Of a stretch of 64,000 nt of DNA, positions 19,854 through 31,671 are shown piece after piece. The notes beneath the pieces were generated by a model, which was not told where the DNA came from, ran no database searches, and saw only the letters and a program-made list of their open reading frames with translations. The stretch covers positions 192,001-256,000 of the forward strand of contig CAVYES010000008.1 in NCBI GenBank assembly GCA_963767735.1, given 5' to 3'. Both the position numbers and the translations under genes were made by a program. This stretch comes from Candidatus Bathyarchaeota archaeon (GTDB lineage Archaea > Thermoproteota > Bathyarchaeia > Bathyarchaeales > Bathycorpusculaceae). How positions within the stretch are numbered: the stretch's first letter is position 1; every line of letters starts with the position of its first letter.

Positions 19854-21674
19854 CTAAAGAAGCAGCAGAAGCAAAATCAAAATTAACCCTTCTAAACCGA
19901 AGATTGGGAACACCATTTGCTTTGCTCTTCGAAGAGTTTTGTCTACCAGGGTAGACATCGCCTGCAGATGGGTTTCCCCTATAACTCTGACATTGGAAAC
20001 AACAAGGTGGACGGCTCCAGCTTTGGATGACTCTAAGGTGGACTCTGCCTTTTTGGCGACATCACAGATGTATCCAATAAGAACTTCTTGATTCATCACT
20101 TCACCGACGGGATGGTAACCCCGCCGCACACTGCGCCCAGACGATAGCGCGCTTACTGCATGAGTGTCTGTGGTGAAAACTTCGCTCTCATCAAATCCAG
20201 CGGAGGTTAAGGCGGCAAGGATTTTCTCTCTCAAACCCGAAATCATGTTGTTGCCGTCGATTACCACGTAAGCGGTTTTCTGTGTGCCAACCTGAATAAC
20301 TGTCGCTGTGATGCCTCCTGCGCCCATGCCTTCTTTTAGGGTGAACTCTTTGGGGTAAACGGTGGCTGCTCCCACCATAAACCGCTCGGTCGGCAACGAA
20401 ACCGCTTTCTGTAGGCACTTGGAAGCCGCGGTTTGCAGAGCACCGACGTACTTCTCAACCTCAACCACGTCAGTGATGCTGTTGTGGGTGTTAGTGACTA
20501 TTGCTGACTTTAGCCCCATCTTGGATGCCATCTCATTAACCATGCGTCCTAACTCTTGGGGCAAGTCTTCAGTAGTTTTTGGTGCAAGGGAGAAAGAGAC
20601 AAAGGCGGTGTCGCCGAAAATTTGGCAGGATGCAGAGGCGACGTCCTCAGTGGCTCTGACGCAGGGTGAAGCTAAGTCTGCTGTTGCTGTAAACTTGGCT
20701 GAAGCAATGACCTGCGAGATTATTTTGTGGTTTTGCGCTTGAGAGGCTAAGTCAAGCTCGTGACCAAGAATACCCAGGGGAACGCAGGCGTTGCAACCAT
20801 ATTCCTTCTCGAAATCCTGCTTCATCAGCGACGGCAAGAGGCTGCTGCCGATGTTTTTGAATGGGCCAGGATGCACCTGTGGAACGATTATGGCTGCTTT
20901 AGGTTTGGATGCATCGAACTTGAGAAAATTAACTTCGATGTCAGCGTTTTCGCCAGTTTTTTCAAAAAGGTCTTCAAGAGGCTCGTTTAGCGAGGCTACC
21001 CAGTTAAGCATGAAGGCTCTAAACAGCGGCAAAGAATGTATTGAATAGGTTTTGCCCAGACGCTCCAAAGAGGACATAAAAACAAAAACTGCGACACATG
21101 CGACTACTGGAAAAATGATTATTAGAGGTGAAATCTGAATAAGGTTTATCGTTGGAATGCTACTCCAGAAAACAACAAACGCGACTATGCAGAGGACTGG
21201 GTTAATCAAAACTGCCGTGAGGTTTTTCCAAGTAGCCGCTGACGAGGTTGCAGTGAACACGACAGTTCTTAGTGTAACGACGGCGGCGTAGCCGACAAGG
21301 CAAAGTTTGACCCAGATTAAAGAGCCAAAGGGAAAGCTAAAGGCGAGTCCTATGAGGATAAAAATGAGCCAGAAGACCCAGCCTACTAGTGAAAGCACCA
21401 AAGTTCGCCGCAGCGAAAAAATCAGGTCCCGCCTGAGAAGCAACTGGGTAATTATCAAATCAGCAGCTATTGTTAAAACGAGAAGTGAAATGCCAAAGGC
21501 AAAAGAGCCAAGTAGCCCATCCCTGGAGGAAACAAAGAACGCTGAGAGACCTGCTATGATGCAGAGGGCGGCGACGGCTACGACGGCTGTTTTGAGTGAT
21601 GGAAGAGAAAACATGGAGGTGTAATGTTTTGATGCGCTGTCTATTGAGCTGTTAAGTTGACTTTTGCTCTCCAT
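19854..21674 (-). CDS. DUF2070 family membrane protein
   Basis: N-terminal TM bundle; VHPGPF, HELD, DGNN, TTDTH motifs. Confidence 0.85.
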   Translation of the reverse strand: MESKSQLNSSIDSASKHYTSMFSLPSLKTAVVAVAALCIIAGLSAFFVSSRDGLLGSFAFGISLLVLTIAADLIITQLLLRRDLIFSLRRTLVLSLVGWVFWLIFILIGLAFSFPFGSLIWVKLCLVGYAAVVTLRTVVFTATSSAATWKNLTAVLINPVLCIVAFVVFWSSIPTINLIQISPLIIIFPVVACVAVFVFMSSLERLGKTYSIHSLPLFRAFMLNWVASLNEPLEDLFEKTGENADIEVNFLKFDASKPKAAIIVPQVHPGPFKNIGSSLLPSLMKQDFEKEYGCNACVPLGILGHELDLASQAQNHKIISQVIASAKFTATADLASPCVRATEDVASASCQIFGDTAFVSFSLAPKTTEDLPQELGRMVNEMASKMGLKSAIVTNTHNSITDVVEVEKYVGALQTAASKCLQKAVSLPTERFMVGAATVYPKEFTLKEGMGAGGITATVIQVGTQKTAYVVIDGNNMISGLREKILAALTSAGFDESEVFTTDTHAVSALSSGRSVRRGYHPVGEVMNQEVLIGYICDVAKKAESTLESSKAGAVHLVVSNVRVIGETHLQAMSTLVDKTLRRAKQMVFPIFGLEGLILILLLLLL

Positions 21675-21937
21675 GTTTCCAACTCGGTTAGGCTTCCTTA
21701 TGGGATTAGGGAGGCTTATTAAAATTTAGCCTACACGAAGCTGCATGTCTCAGTTTTAAGGCAGGAAACACAAATTTTTTTGCAAACCAAAAAGTATCGA
21801 TTAGCAATTTAGCATAAACAAGTTAAAGCGCCATTGGGCAAAACGCCGCTTTGAGGTTTTTGGCAGGAAGTAAACATGCCTTTTGGAAGGGAACTGTTTT
21901 ATCTTTAGAATGACAATTGTATTAGTTTGCGAAGTCT

Positions 21938-22228
21938 ATGGCAGATCAAGATTTGCCCCTCTCGATATTTCATATGTTGGAGAGGAACGTGGGCAAGAAA
22001 ATCAGGGTTATTATAGATCCAGCTTACGGTTTTGAAGGCATCTTAGCCGCCGTGACGCATGACCCATCAGGAATTTGGCTTTCAGACGCAGAAGCGATTG
22101 TTTTGAGATCAACTATTGCTCAGCCTATCCCGCAAGTTGCAAGTCGAGAAGAAAGAAGCGAGCTATTTCTTCATTTAAATTCGGTTCAAAGAATAGAAGT
22201 ATTACACGCCACTGCACCGAGGCGGTAA
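21938..22228 (+). CDS. Sm/Lsm-like protein
   Basis: GKKIRVII...FEGILAAV...IWLSDAE...LFLHLNSVQRIE, Sm1/Sm2 pattern. Confidence 0.65.
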   Translation: MADQDLPLSIFHMLERNVGKKIRVIIDPAYGFEGILAAVTHDPSGIWLSDAEAIVLRSTIAQPIPQVASREERSELFLHLNSVQRIEVLHATAPRR

Positions 22229-22237
22229 AGGCAGCGT

Positions 22238-22415
22238 TTAACTGTCTATAACTATTTTTATTACAACTGAAAGAACTATCAATGAGACCGCAAAGACGAC
22301 AAGCAGTTCAGGTCTAATTTTTATTCCTTCAGTCTCTTCCTCAAAGAACCTCAGCAAACCTGCACTTGCTGCTGGCATTGGACCTGTATCTTTCTTCTTT
22401 CTTCCTAGTGCTCAC
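22238..22415 (-). CDS. secG: Preprotein translocase subunit Sec61beta (absent from the ORF track; one indel)
   Basis: Manual translation KDTGPMPAASAGLLRFFEEETEGIKIRPELLVVFAVSLIVLSVVIKIVIDS*. Confidence 0.85.
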
Positions 22416-22538
22416 CAAATATCCCTGCCCTTTCAATGTATTATTTGCATTAATTAATGTTACGCAGATTCCAAAATGTTTTAAGGTACTAAATATTTAA
22501 CTTGCCCAAAGTTAAGAGTACCCTAAATCTGGTGAGTC

Positions 22539-22832
22539 TATGCAATATAAAAGAATTTCAAGACATGATGCGGCAGCTATATTTCAAAAGAGACACAGAA
22601 CGCGGAATAGACGGAACATACAATTGGCTTGTTGATGAGGTTGCAGAGTTAGGGGAAGAATTGAAAAAAGGAACAGATCAAGAGGCTACTGAGAAAGAAT
22701 TTGCGGATGTAATTGCGTGGCTTGCGTCTCTTGGCTAACATAATAGGAATCGACCTTGAAAAAGCAGCCATCAACAAATACAACCATAAATGCCCAAAAT
22801 GCCAGCAATCACCCTGCCAATGCACATTTTAA
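22539..22832 (+). CDS. MazG-like nucleotide pyrophosphohydrolase (frameshift ~22733)
   Basis: WLVDEVAEL...EFADVIAWLASL, continuing ANIIGIDLEKAAINKY..CPKC...C.C. Confidence 0.85.
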
Positions 22833-23102
22833 CAAACTAAGCGTTTCTGCCCTAAACCTGTAGACGACCCAATAAGAGGGTCTACGTCCTTTACGGTGAA
22901 CTATACCTTCGTTTTCAAGAAGACGCAAATGATGCATGACAACACTGTAAGATAAAGAGGATTCCTTTGCAATTCTTACCGCACTATATGGCTGGTTCTC
23001 GAGAGCTTCCAATATTTTGGTTCTGGCTTTAAGACCGCTATTTACGTTTCTTATATTTTTCAAGTAAGCGTTCGGATGCAAAGTTTCCTTTATGCTATTC
23101 AC
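22809..23102 (-). CDS. ArsR-like winged-helix protein
   Basis: ARTKILEAL...IAKESSLSYSVVMHHLRLLENEGIV. Confidence 0.8.
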   Translation of the reverse strand: MNSIKETLHPNAYLKNIRNVNSGLKARTKILEALENQPYSAVRIAKESSLSYSVVMHHLRLLENEGIVHRKGRRPSYWVVYRFRAETLSLLKCALAG

Positions 23103-23140
23103 CGATTAATAAACAGCGGTTTACATTGAAAAGCTTTAGG

Positions 23141-26100
23141 TTAATTAAAATCAAAAAGTTTAGCTTGTTTGGGTTTTTTGTTATCGAACATGGAAGCTAT
23201 CTCTTCTTTTATAAGATCCATGCGTTGGGTGTAATAGTTGGGTAAGCCATATGTGTCAACAAGTTGCTGAGCTGCCACAAGATACTTCTCTATGCCACCA
23301 CGATAAACGGTAAGAGTCAGCTTTCCACCGCAGAATGGGCATTTCCCTTTGAGAGGCAGTCGACGGAACTTTTTGTTGCATGATTTGCACCTAAACGCTT
23401 GCGTTGAGAAAGCACGTAAATTCCCTGCTATGTCTCTGATGAAATGGGTGGTTAAAACTTTCAAAGCGACGCGTTCGACGTCTACAGCGTCAATTTTTTC
23501 GCCTAGCTCCAGTTGCATGTTGAGTTTTTCAATCATAGATTTGAATTCTTTGTAGGCGCTGTTAGCGTTGCCGAGGTTTATGTTTGTAACGGGAGTGGTG
23601 TATTGGAAGCCTTCAAACTGGGCTTCAGTTCCAAGCCTATGACTGATGACATCCATAATTGAACTCACGGGTCTAGCTTCGGCTTTCTCCAGAGTTTTTT
23701 GGTAAAATTCAAGCGGATAAGAAGCGTCAACGTCAAAATCATGCGCTTGCCTCTGCACTTCCTTGGTGTTAACAAACGGAATTAAAAGTATAGGAGCATC
23801 CATAATTCCGCCGATCTGAGCAGGCAAATAGACACGAGAAAAGTTCAGAAGCGTATCCAACGCCAGCATAATCGCGTCTTCATCACCGTCACAGTCCCGG
23901 CGTTTGGCTGAGTGCCAAATCGGATGAGCATAAATCAGGTTACGATCCGTGTAACCAACAATGCGACCTAAAATGCAAGCGCACGTGTGGGGGGCTAAAC
24001 CAAAAACCAAATGCCCAACGAGGTCTTCTGGCTTCTTAACGTTATAGTAAGGTGGAAGCTTGTAGACTCTTGCGAGCAAATCGTCAATGAAAGCCGCGAT
24101 CTGAATAAAGTATTCCCCTGCCTTGCTAGGGAATCACAATATCCTGAACCTTGAGCTCACAAACCTGATTAGGATCAGTCAAAGATGCGCCGTGTGTGTC
24201 GTAGCTGTATCCTAACTGCCTAATCTTTTCTACGGGCACTCCAACTTCGGCAGGCGTAAAATGCGTTAAAGGAGCGTTGGTGGCGTCAAATCGGATTGTG
24301 CCATCCTTGTAAACAGATAAGCCATATTTAGCTCGCAAAATTCCTTTTTCGACTATTTCAGGAGTTTTGTCTAGGTTCGTTAAGCCTTTGACGCCTCTTA
24401 GAATTTTCGGAGCTGGATAACCAAGCGACTTGCACGCGTCATCTACCATTTCTTTAAAGTTAACTGGTTGCCGCTGGTATTGAACTCCTTCTGTTTTACA
24501 GGTGGGGCAACTGTTATCTTTTACAGCCTTGCCGCAACGAGGACAACTTTTTTCAGCAACAGTGTCGCATCCGCAGTTGAAGCATTTTACCCTTAAAGTG
24601 TAAGTTTTACAGTTAGGGCACTTCCTCTTAACCATGTCGACAAACACAGGACCCTGCTTTGCAGCTTCCAAAAGGTCTCTATGTGAACCGCCAGCTAAGC
24701 TTACTGGAAAAAGAACATGAACAAGAGGCTTCATTTCCCGCCTTTTAGCCTTCTCAGGCCTTCCCATGCGGGCACCTACAAAGGTCGGTGCTTTGTCCTT
24801 AACTTGCACTCCTGAAAGCATGCTGATTGCCTCGAAGACAGAAGTAGTCTGAGTGCCCTCAATCGTATTTGTGGTGCCGCAGCCAAGACAGAACGCTAAA
24901 GCGGCGGCATCCTCGCCTTCCAGCAAAATCCTATTACTAATTAGTTTATGAGGAGCAAAGATCAATCTAAGTAACCTTACAACATTTTCATTGGCTTCGC
25001 CGAAAATTTTGCAAACGCATCCATCTGCCAAGGCGACTTCGCAGGAACCCAGCCATTTTTTCAGCACCTCAACTTCTTGAACATTGGTTAAGCTTGCCCA
25101 AAAGAATGTACGGGCGGGGTGCAAAGGTATGCCCATGCGAAGGCTGAGAAGTATTGCCTCTTTAGTCGTTGGTTTATTTCTAAAGGGGTCATCTAGAAAG
25201 CTTTTGAGCCTTTCCGCAGAAACCTGAGTGGCATTTGCCGCTTTCGCAGAATCTGAGCTAAATTTTTGGGTCAGAGCGCCCTGTAGGTCTTTAACCCACC
25301 ATTCCTCCACGTATCCCGAGGGAGGAAGCCCCTTGCTGGTATAGAGAAAGTCGCCAAAACTAATCAGGATGTCCCCTAGAAACAAGATTTTTTGGACCTT
25401 GCCTTTTATCTCCGGAAAATTTTCCATTGTTACTCGAACTACAGAATTATCCTTCAACAAAACAATGGGGGACTCAATAGTATCCACAGGAAGCGTAACG
25501 CAGCCTTTTCCTGGAAGCTCTAAGCGCATTTGGGTGCCTGCCGCAAGAAAATTCTCAACAACAAGCATAGTGGCGGGGTGGATGCCTACAGCTGAAAGGC
25601 CTGTGTTTCGTGATCGGCCATACCTTAATCTGAAGCCGCCTCGTCTTGAGGGGAAAGCGAAAATTGGTCGTCCCGCAATCACATCGTCCATAAAGCCGCC
25701 TGATTTCTTTTCAGATTTCTTTTTGAAATCTTTTAGCCAATCCCAGCCTTGGAAACCGATCTTATCGATAATCACGAAAACTTTTTGGGCCCGTCCAACG
25801 ATGCCGTCGTTTACCACGCGAAGGGCGCCGCCTCTGACGCGGTTAGTTTCTACTCTTGGGAGGTTTCTGTAGGAGGAAACTTCAACTGGGTCTGATTCAG
25901 TTCCTGTGCATTCGACTGGAATGAGGTTAAGCGCCCTCCTTAATTCCTCGTCAGGAATGTGATATTGGAAACGGCCAACTGATCGTTCATATAATCGCAA
26001 TTCTTCTATGAAGCGGGAGATTTCCTCCTCCGTCGGCTTGTACTTATCCAAGCCAAGCTGGGTCCGCACGAAGTCTCCCACGACTAAAGTTAACGCTTGG

Positions 26101-26552
26101 TCTGTTCCACCCGCTGACCTTATTGGACCTGCAAAGTAAATAGCCAGGTAACGTGTCCGATCGGCGTTAGTTTTTATTTTTACGTGAGCTATGCCTTGTA
26201 TTGGCGCTGCGGTTAAGCCTTCAGTGAAAATTGCCAGGGCAGTTCGTATTGCCTGCTCAGCCGCTTTTTCAGGTTCCATGTGACCAAATTTGCCTAGGAC
26301 GGTTTCTTCAGCAACTTTGAATGCGATTTCTTCTCTTTGCATTTTAGTGCTTAATTCTCTGATGCTGAGCGCAACGCCTTTGGGTCCAACTAGCCCTTCC
26401 ACTAAGTCAGCAATGTCTTGGGCAATAATGCACTCAGTTTTCAACGCGGGGTCAAAGCCTTCTGATCTAGCGCTGTCGCTTAACGCATACAATCGCTTGA
26501 GCTCATTTCCCATTGTGTCAACGTAGTTTTGATAACCCTTGCTGATATTCAA
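23141..26552 (-). CDS. polC: DNA polymerase D large subunit DP2 (one frameshift at ~24129)
   Basis: YFAGPIRSAGGT, FRLRYGRSRNTG, RMGRPEKA, KRRDCDGDED catalytic motif, C-terminal zinc finger; removing one C joins the two ORFs. Confidence 0.97.
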
Positions 26553-26642
26553 AGTGCAGCTTCCAGTGGCAACATATAGAGTAATGGGTTATTTTGGCTT
26601 TCTTAAAATTAAACGGAAATCTAATCCCAAGTCTGCCAAGCA

Positions 26643-27396
26643 TTAAACCTTAATGCTTTTGATTGCCTTAATGATTTCAGAGATCCTTTGTTTAGCATCA
26701 CTTGACTCAGTAACATTGCCGGTGACGATTATGTCTGCTCCTGCAGATACAGCAGCTACGGCTTGCTCTTTAGTTCTTATTCCTCCGCCCACTATGAGTG
26801 GAATTTCAATCACATGCTTAACTGCGTGGATCATTTCTGGGGGTACGGGATTTGCTGCTCCAGAACCGCCTTCCAGATAAATGAAGCGCATCCCAAGGTA
26901 TTGGCCTGCAAGGGCATGAGCGGCTGCAAGTTCAGGCTTAGAGTAGGGCACCGAGATGGCTTTTCCTACAACACCTGCAGTGCCGCCGTCTCCAACAATT
27001 ATGTAACCCATGGAAATAGGTTCTAAACCGTACTTTTTGACGAGCGGTGCGCCAAGAATCTGAGCGCCCATAAGAAAATAAGGATCAACCGAATTCAGAA
27101 GCGACATAAACCATATGGCGTCGGCGTAACTGCTAATTCCAGTTATGTTGTTTGGGAACAGTATTGTAGGAATTTTTACTGCGGACTTTATGTTCTTTAC
27201 TACGTCGTCAAGGTGGGCTTGAGAAGCAAATGTTGAGCCTCCAATCATTATGGCGGCGGTTCCGCTATTTGCAGAATTTTCAGCAATGCGTGAAGCTTGT
27301 AGGGCTGACACTTTTTCTGGGTCGATTAGCGTTATGTGGATTGATCCTTCGAGCTTTTATTTTTTCGAGTAAGTACTTTTCGATAGGCCCTAGCAA
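26643..27396 (-). CDS. Geranylgeranylglyceryl phosphate synthase (N-terminal frameshift)
   Basis: HITLIDPEK, IMIGGST, YLEGGSGA, VGGGIR. Confidence 0.92.
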
Positions 27397-27412
27397 AGCT
27401 ATTATCCTTCGA

Positions 27413-27682
27413 TTATTCTTTTTTTACGTTGGTTATAGGTGTTCTTTTTGTAGAACCATAAACCCGGTCTGTGAGCATACAGTAAACGTCAACTTCGCCT
27501 TGCGCTGGTTTAACGGGGAATTCTTCTTTAAGACCACAACTACTGCATTGTGCAACGGAATGACCACCGTCTTCTCTGGATATTTCAACTTTTACCGTTT
27601 CTTTTCCGCATTTTGGGCAAGAGAAGAATTTAGGTAAACGTTTCTTAGGAATATGAACTACTTTTTTCCTTCTTCGCCCCAA
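27413..27682 (-). CDS. elf1: Transcription elongation factor Elf1
   Basis: MGRRRKK...LPKFFSCPKCG...CSSCG...VDVYC. Confidence 0.9.
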   Translation of the reverse strand: MGRRRKKVVHIPKKRLPKFFSCPKCGKETVKVEISREDGGHSVAQCSSCGLKEEFPVKPAQGEVDVYCMLTDRVYGSTKRTPITNVKKE

Positions 27683-27727
27683 ATAACAGCCTTCTAAATT
27701 GATGATAATGTTGAATGATATTTATGC

Positions 27728-28624
27728 TTGTCCTTAAATACTTGCCTAGAAACCAAGAATATGAGGCTGCGTGAAAGCCAAGTGAAATTAACGCCTTCTG
27801 TCTTAGAAATGGATTTCTCAGAAGCTCAAAAAAGAATTTGCCGCTTCATTAAAGAGTACGTGGAAAACGCTGGGGCAAAAGGCATAGTACTGGGTCTTTC
27901 AGGGGGAATCGACAGTGCAACAATTGCAGCACTTTCAAGTCTTGCAATAGGCGGAGACAACGTGTTGGCTCTGATGCTGCCGGAAAAAGAAAACTTTAAC
28001 CAAAAAGACATCGACGATGCAAAAGTAGTTGCAGACAAATTTAAATTGCAAACACAAATCTGTGACATGTCAAATGTTTTAGAAGGCTTCTACAACAGCA
28101 TTCCAGCGTTTGAGCCAAAAGACAGGCTTTGTAAGGGCAACATTAAAGCAAGAACTAGAATGATTTACCTCTACTATTACGCTAACAAACTTAACAGAAT
28201 CGTTTGCGGAAGTTCTGACAAATCAGAGACAATGATGGGCTACTTCACTAAGTGGGGAGACGTCGCCTCCGATATAACGCCAATTATGGATTTATACAAA
28301 ACACAAGTTCGCAAACTCGCAATTCATTTAGGAATCCCAGAGGAGCTTGCATTAAAGCCTTCTACACCGGCGCTTTGGCCCAACCAGACTGCAGAAAACG
28401 AGCTTGGAATCAAATATGAAACCTTAGACCTAATTCTTTATGGGATAGAACGGTTTATGACTACTGAAGAGATTGCAAGTCAACTAAGCATTGAGAAGTC
28501 TATCGTTGACAAGGTTAAGATCAGATGGCTCGCAAATGAACATAAAAGAAGAATGCCATTACCCCCCAAAATTGGATATAGAACTGTGGGAAATGATTTT
28601 AGGCTTCCCAGACATACCTATTGA
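27728..28624 (+). CDS. nadE: NH3-dependent NAD+ synthetase
   Basis: GLSGGIDS, NIKARTRM, GYFTKWGD, LYKTQV. Confidence 0.95.
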   Translation: MSLNTCLETKNMRLRESQVKLTPSVLEMDFSEAQKRICRFIKEYVENAGAKGIVLGLSGGIDSATIAALSSLAIGGDNVLALMLPEKENFNQKDIDDAKVVADKFKLQTQICDMSNVLEGFYNSIPAFEPKDRLCKGNIKARTRMIYLYYYANKLNRIVCGSSDKSETMMGYFTKWGDVASDITPIMDLYKTQVRKLAIHLGIPEELALKPSTPALWPNQTAENELGIKYETLDLILYGIERFMTTEEIASQLSIEKSIVDKVKIRWLANEHKRRMPLPPKIGYRTVGNDFRLPRHTY

Positions 28625-29472
28625 AAAGTGGAAACAACATGAAAGACAAGATAAAACTTGCCCTTGCCCAAATAAGCAGTAAACGAGAAAACAAAGAGGC
28701 AAATCTACAGAAAATAGAAACATTAACCTGCAAAGCCAAAGAGCAAGGGGCAGATTTAGCCATTTTCCCTGAGATGTCATTAACTGGCTACGTGGTTAGA
28801 GATCAATTCTACGAGTTAGCTGAAACAATCCCCGGACCCACAGTTGAGAAAGTGGAGGCGTTGGCAAAGAAGACAGGGATGCATGTTATTTTTGGGATGC
28901 CGGAGTTAAGCGAAAAAACAAAAGCCACAATCTTTAACACCGCCGTCTTTGTTGGTCCAAAAGGTTTAATCGGTAAATACCGAAAAATGTATCTGCCAAC
29001 TCACAGCGTGTTTGAAGAGAAAAGGTACTTTCGCCCAGGTTATGAGACAGCCGCGTTTCAAACCGATTTGGGCAACATTGGCTTATGCATTTGCTATGAC
29101 ATTTTCTTCCCTGAAGTGCTTAGGCTTACCCGTTTGAAGGGAGCACAATTAATCGTCTGCATATCCGCATCTCCAGCTGTACGAAGAAGCTACTTTGAAA
29201 CTTTAACTTGCGCCAGAGCAATAGAAAACACGGCTTACCTCGCTTACGTGAACCTTGCTGGCGTTCAAGATGGCTTGCAATTCTGGGGAGGAAGCCGACT
29301 TGTTAGTCCAACTGGAGATGTTCTTGCGAAGGCAAAGTATGATGAGGAGGATTTTGTCACCTGTGAGGTAGATTACAGTGACCTGAGAACGGCAGAAACA
29401 TTCATCCCCACCCTAAAGGACCTTAGACCTGAACTTTTTGATAAACTAAAAGAGTACTCAGAAGGTCTATAA
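28621..29472 (+). CDS. Carbon-nitrogen hydrolase (nitrilase superfamily)
   Basis: FPEM, YRKMYLP, ICYD catalytic triad E-K-C. Confidence 0.93.
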   Translation: MKSGNNMKDKIKLALAQISSKRENKEANLQKIETLTCKAKEQGADLAIFPEMSLTGYVVRDQFYELAETIPGPTVEKVEALAKKTGMHVIFGMPELSEKTKATIFNTAVFVGPKGLIGKYRKMYLPTHSVFEEKRYFRPGYETAAFQTDLGNIGLCICYDIFFPEVLRLTRLKGAQLIVCISASPAVRRSYFETLTCARAIENTAYLAYVNLAGVQDGLQFWGGSRLVSPTGDVLAKAKYDEEDFVTCEVDYSDLRTAETFIPTLKDLRPELFDKLKEYSEGL

Positions 29473-29504
29473 TTCGAAAAGGCGATTGCAAAGCTAAGCA
29501 AGGG

Positions 29505-29600
29505 AAATCACAAAGACATCACAAGCCTATCACAATGCTGTGATATCAAGTGACTTGATGGTAAATCACCGTGATTTTAATGTGACAACATGACGTCACG
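29505..29600. promoter_or_regulatory. Dense array of (A/G)TCAC / GTGA(T/C) motifs
   Basis: About 10 half-sites in ~95 bp, including aaatcaccgtgattt and tgacgtca palindromes. Confidence 0.7.
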
Positions 29601-29980
29601 CTACCAATTTGAGTTTATTATTAGCCTTTTGGCATAAAAAAGTGAATTGATGAATGTTTCAACAGAAGCTGGCAATGATAATAAGTGAGTTTTAAAATAG
29701 CTTGTTAAAGCATGAATATCGGTTAGGAGCGACTTTGAAAAACTGCATTTTTGTTTAAAATTCACGGTAAAGCCAGCACCAGATATCGAATAATTTTGCC
29801 ATTTATCTGTTAATCGCACTTATTAATTGGCTAATTGAATAAAAACACTCACATTCACCGTATTTTGATGATTAACTCGTTTTTCGCGGCATTTATGACC
29901 GTCTGATAAAGTGGTTTTGCTTGGGCAAGACTTAAAAACTCGACTCAGTATACAAAAGCGTATCCATTTAGGCTACGGAG

Positions 29981-30472
29981 ATGACAGCGAGTTTGAAGCT
30001 AAAAGACGGCGTTCAAGCATGGCTAAACGGGGCATTAAACGACCCCATTGTAAAAATATTGGCTAAAAACAGCCAATTAACCAAAACACAACTTGAAACA
30101 CTGCTAATAGACATTTTAGCCGAGAACATCTCGGGCAAACAGTTAAAGTACGATGAAAAAGCCGATTTAAGACTAACTAAGGCTAAAATAAGCCGCGGCT
30201 CCTTTAACAGGACGTTAAAACAGTCTAAAGAAAACGTGATAAAATCAATCTACACGGTACTACTTTTAGGATATTTAGGAGTGTTTGACAGCACAACTCT
30301 TGACCCATATCTCGAAATAGCCAATAAACTGCACCAATATGTGGAGGCACACCAAGAGGCACCCGACAAGGAGGAGGAGCTAAAAGACCATCTAAAAGTC
30401 ATAGAAATCATTCGGGAAGAGCTTGAAACAAGCCTAAAACGGCTTTCTAGTCCATCAGAAGAGCACTTGTGA
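29981..30472 (+). CDS. Uncharacterised HTH-like protein near oriC
   Basis: SQLTKTQLETLL...ISRGSFNRTLKQSKENV helix-turn-helix-like segment. Confidence 0.7.
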   Translation: MTASLKLKDGVQAWLNGALNDPIVKILAKNSQLTKTQLETLLIDILAENISGKQLKYDEKADLRLTKAKISRGSFNRTLKQSKENVIKSIYTVLLLGYLGVFDSTTLDPYLEIANKLHQYVEAHQEAPDKEEELKDHLKVIEIIREELETSLKRLSSPSEEHL

Positions 30473-30766
30473 CGTCACAAATCACAGATAAAACCGAGTA
30501 TTTTTAAATATCAAAGGAAGTACGGAAAGTCAAAATATAAAGGTCATTTACAAGTCTTAATTTTAAAAATAACCTCAAATCACAGCTATACTATTGAGAG
30601 ATGAATGCGAAGATAGTAGAGGAAAATAGTTGTGACATGTGATATCATGACAAGCATGGCGATAACGTCACCGTAAACCTTAAAAAGTCCATGGATTACT
30701 GTGATGTGTGATGCAACTGATTAAATCACGTGCAAGTCACAGGGATGAAAAATCACGGTTGATTTT
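30467..30766. promoter_or_regulatory. Second TCAC/GTGA motif array
   Basis: Perfect 14-bp palindrome ttgtgacgtcacaa (30467-30480); tgtgacatgtgatatcatgaca; tgtgatgtgtgatg; aaatcacgtg; aaatcacggttgattt. Confidence 0.7.
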
Positions 30767-31480
30767 GTAACGATAATTTTGGGCGTTTTGCTTACCGTGA
30801 CCGTCGCAGCAACAGTCGAATATTATAGGCAAATACGTAAGGCACAAAAAGAGTATGAGAAAGCCAAAGGTGTTGTTGAAGACATAGTTCTTAGTTTTAA
30901 CCGAGATCTCAAGCGTGGAGCCGACAAACTAGATTTAATCGCGTTCAAAATAGAAGGAAACTTGGCCAAAGCGGACACCAGCCTAAAAAAAGTAGACACT
31001 TTAGAAAAAAGGCTATTGCCTATCGAAAATCAAATGGGCACTATTTCACAGACGGTTTCACAGAGTACCAATAAAATTCTCTCAGGATTAACAGATTTGG
31101 AATCTAAAATTAGAGATATTGAAGGGGCACAAGAGACGTTAAAATTGAAGATAACAGGCTTTGAAGAGCAAATTCAAAAGTTCAACGTTACTCCAGAAAT
31201 CAGCGAAACCGTCATCCCAATTAAACGTGACAAAGCAATGGCCTCATTAACAGACACAGAAATCACAGTGCTGGAAATGTTATCTTCAGAGGGACCCAAA
31301 ACAGCGCCAGAAATCAAAGACAGAGTTAAACTTAGCAGAGAACACACAGCAAGACTAATGAAAAAACTCTATGAAGAAGGATACTTAGAACGCGAAGTAG
31401 GCAAAATACCCTTCAGATACAGCATCAAAAAAGAGATGGAAAAGATACTGAAAAAGTCCGAGAGCAGCCCCTCGGCATAA
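30745..31480 (+). CDS. N-terminal TM + coiled-coil + C-terminal MarR-like wHTH protein
   Basis: Removing one A from the run at 30748-30752 gives MKITVDFVTIILGVLLTVTVAATVEYY (TM); heptad-rich middle; LTDTEITVLEML..EGPKTAPEIK...LSREHTARLMKKLYEEGYL. Confidence 0.8.
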
Positions 31481-31671
31481 ACCGCAAAGAAAGCGTCTCG
31501 TGACTGCCCAACCGACAAGAGTTATCCTGTCTCTACCATAGCGGTAAGTGTATGTTCCTTTTCAGGCATCCACGCCAACAGTTCTACTCAAATTGTACTT
31601 ACCTAAATTCGCGCTAAATACTTCTTAACCCAACAAAATTTATTTCAGTTTACTTCTCTTAGCAACTCAAG

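Noticed and set aside
24079-24130. Split DP2 or intein in PolD
   Set aside because: Deleting one C from a CCC run restores a continuous frame; no intein motifs or extra length
29505-30766. CRISPR array
   Set aside because: Motifs are 5-15 bp and irregularly spaced; no constant repeat-spacer period and no cas genes
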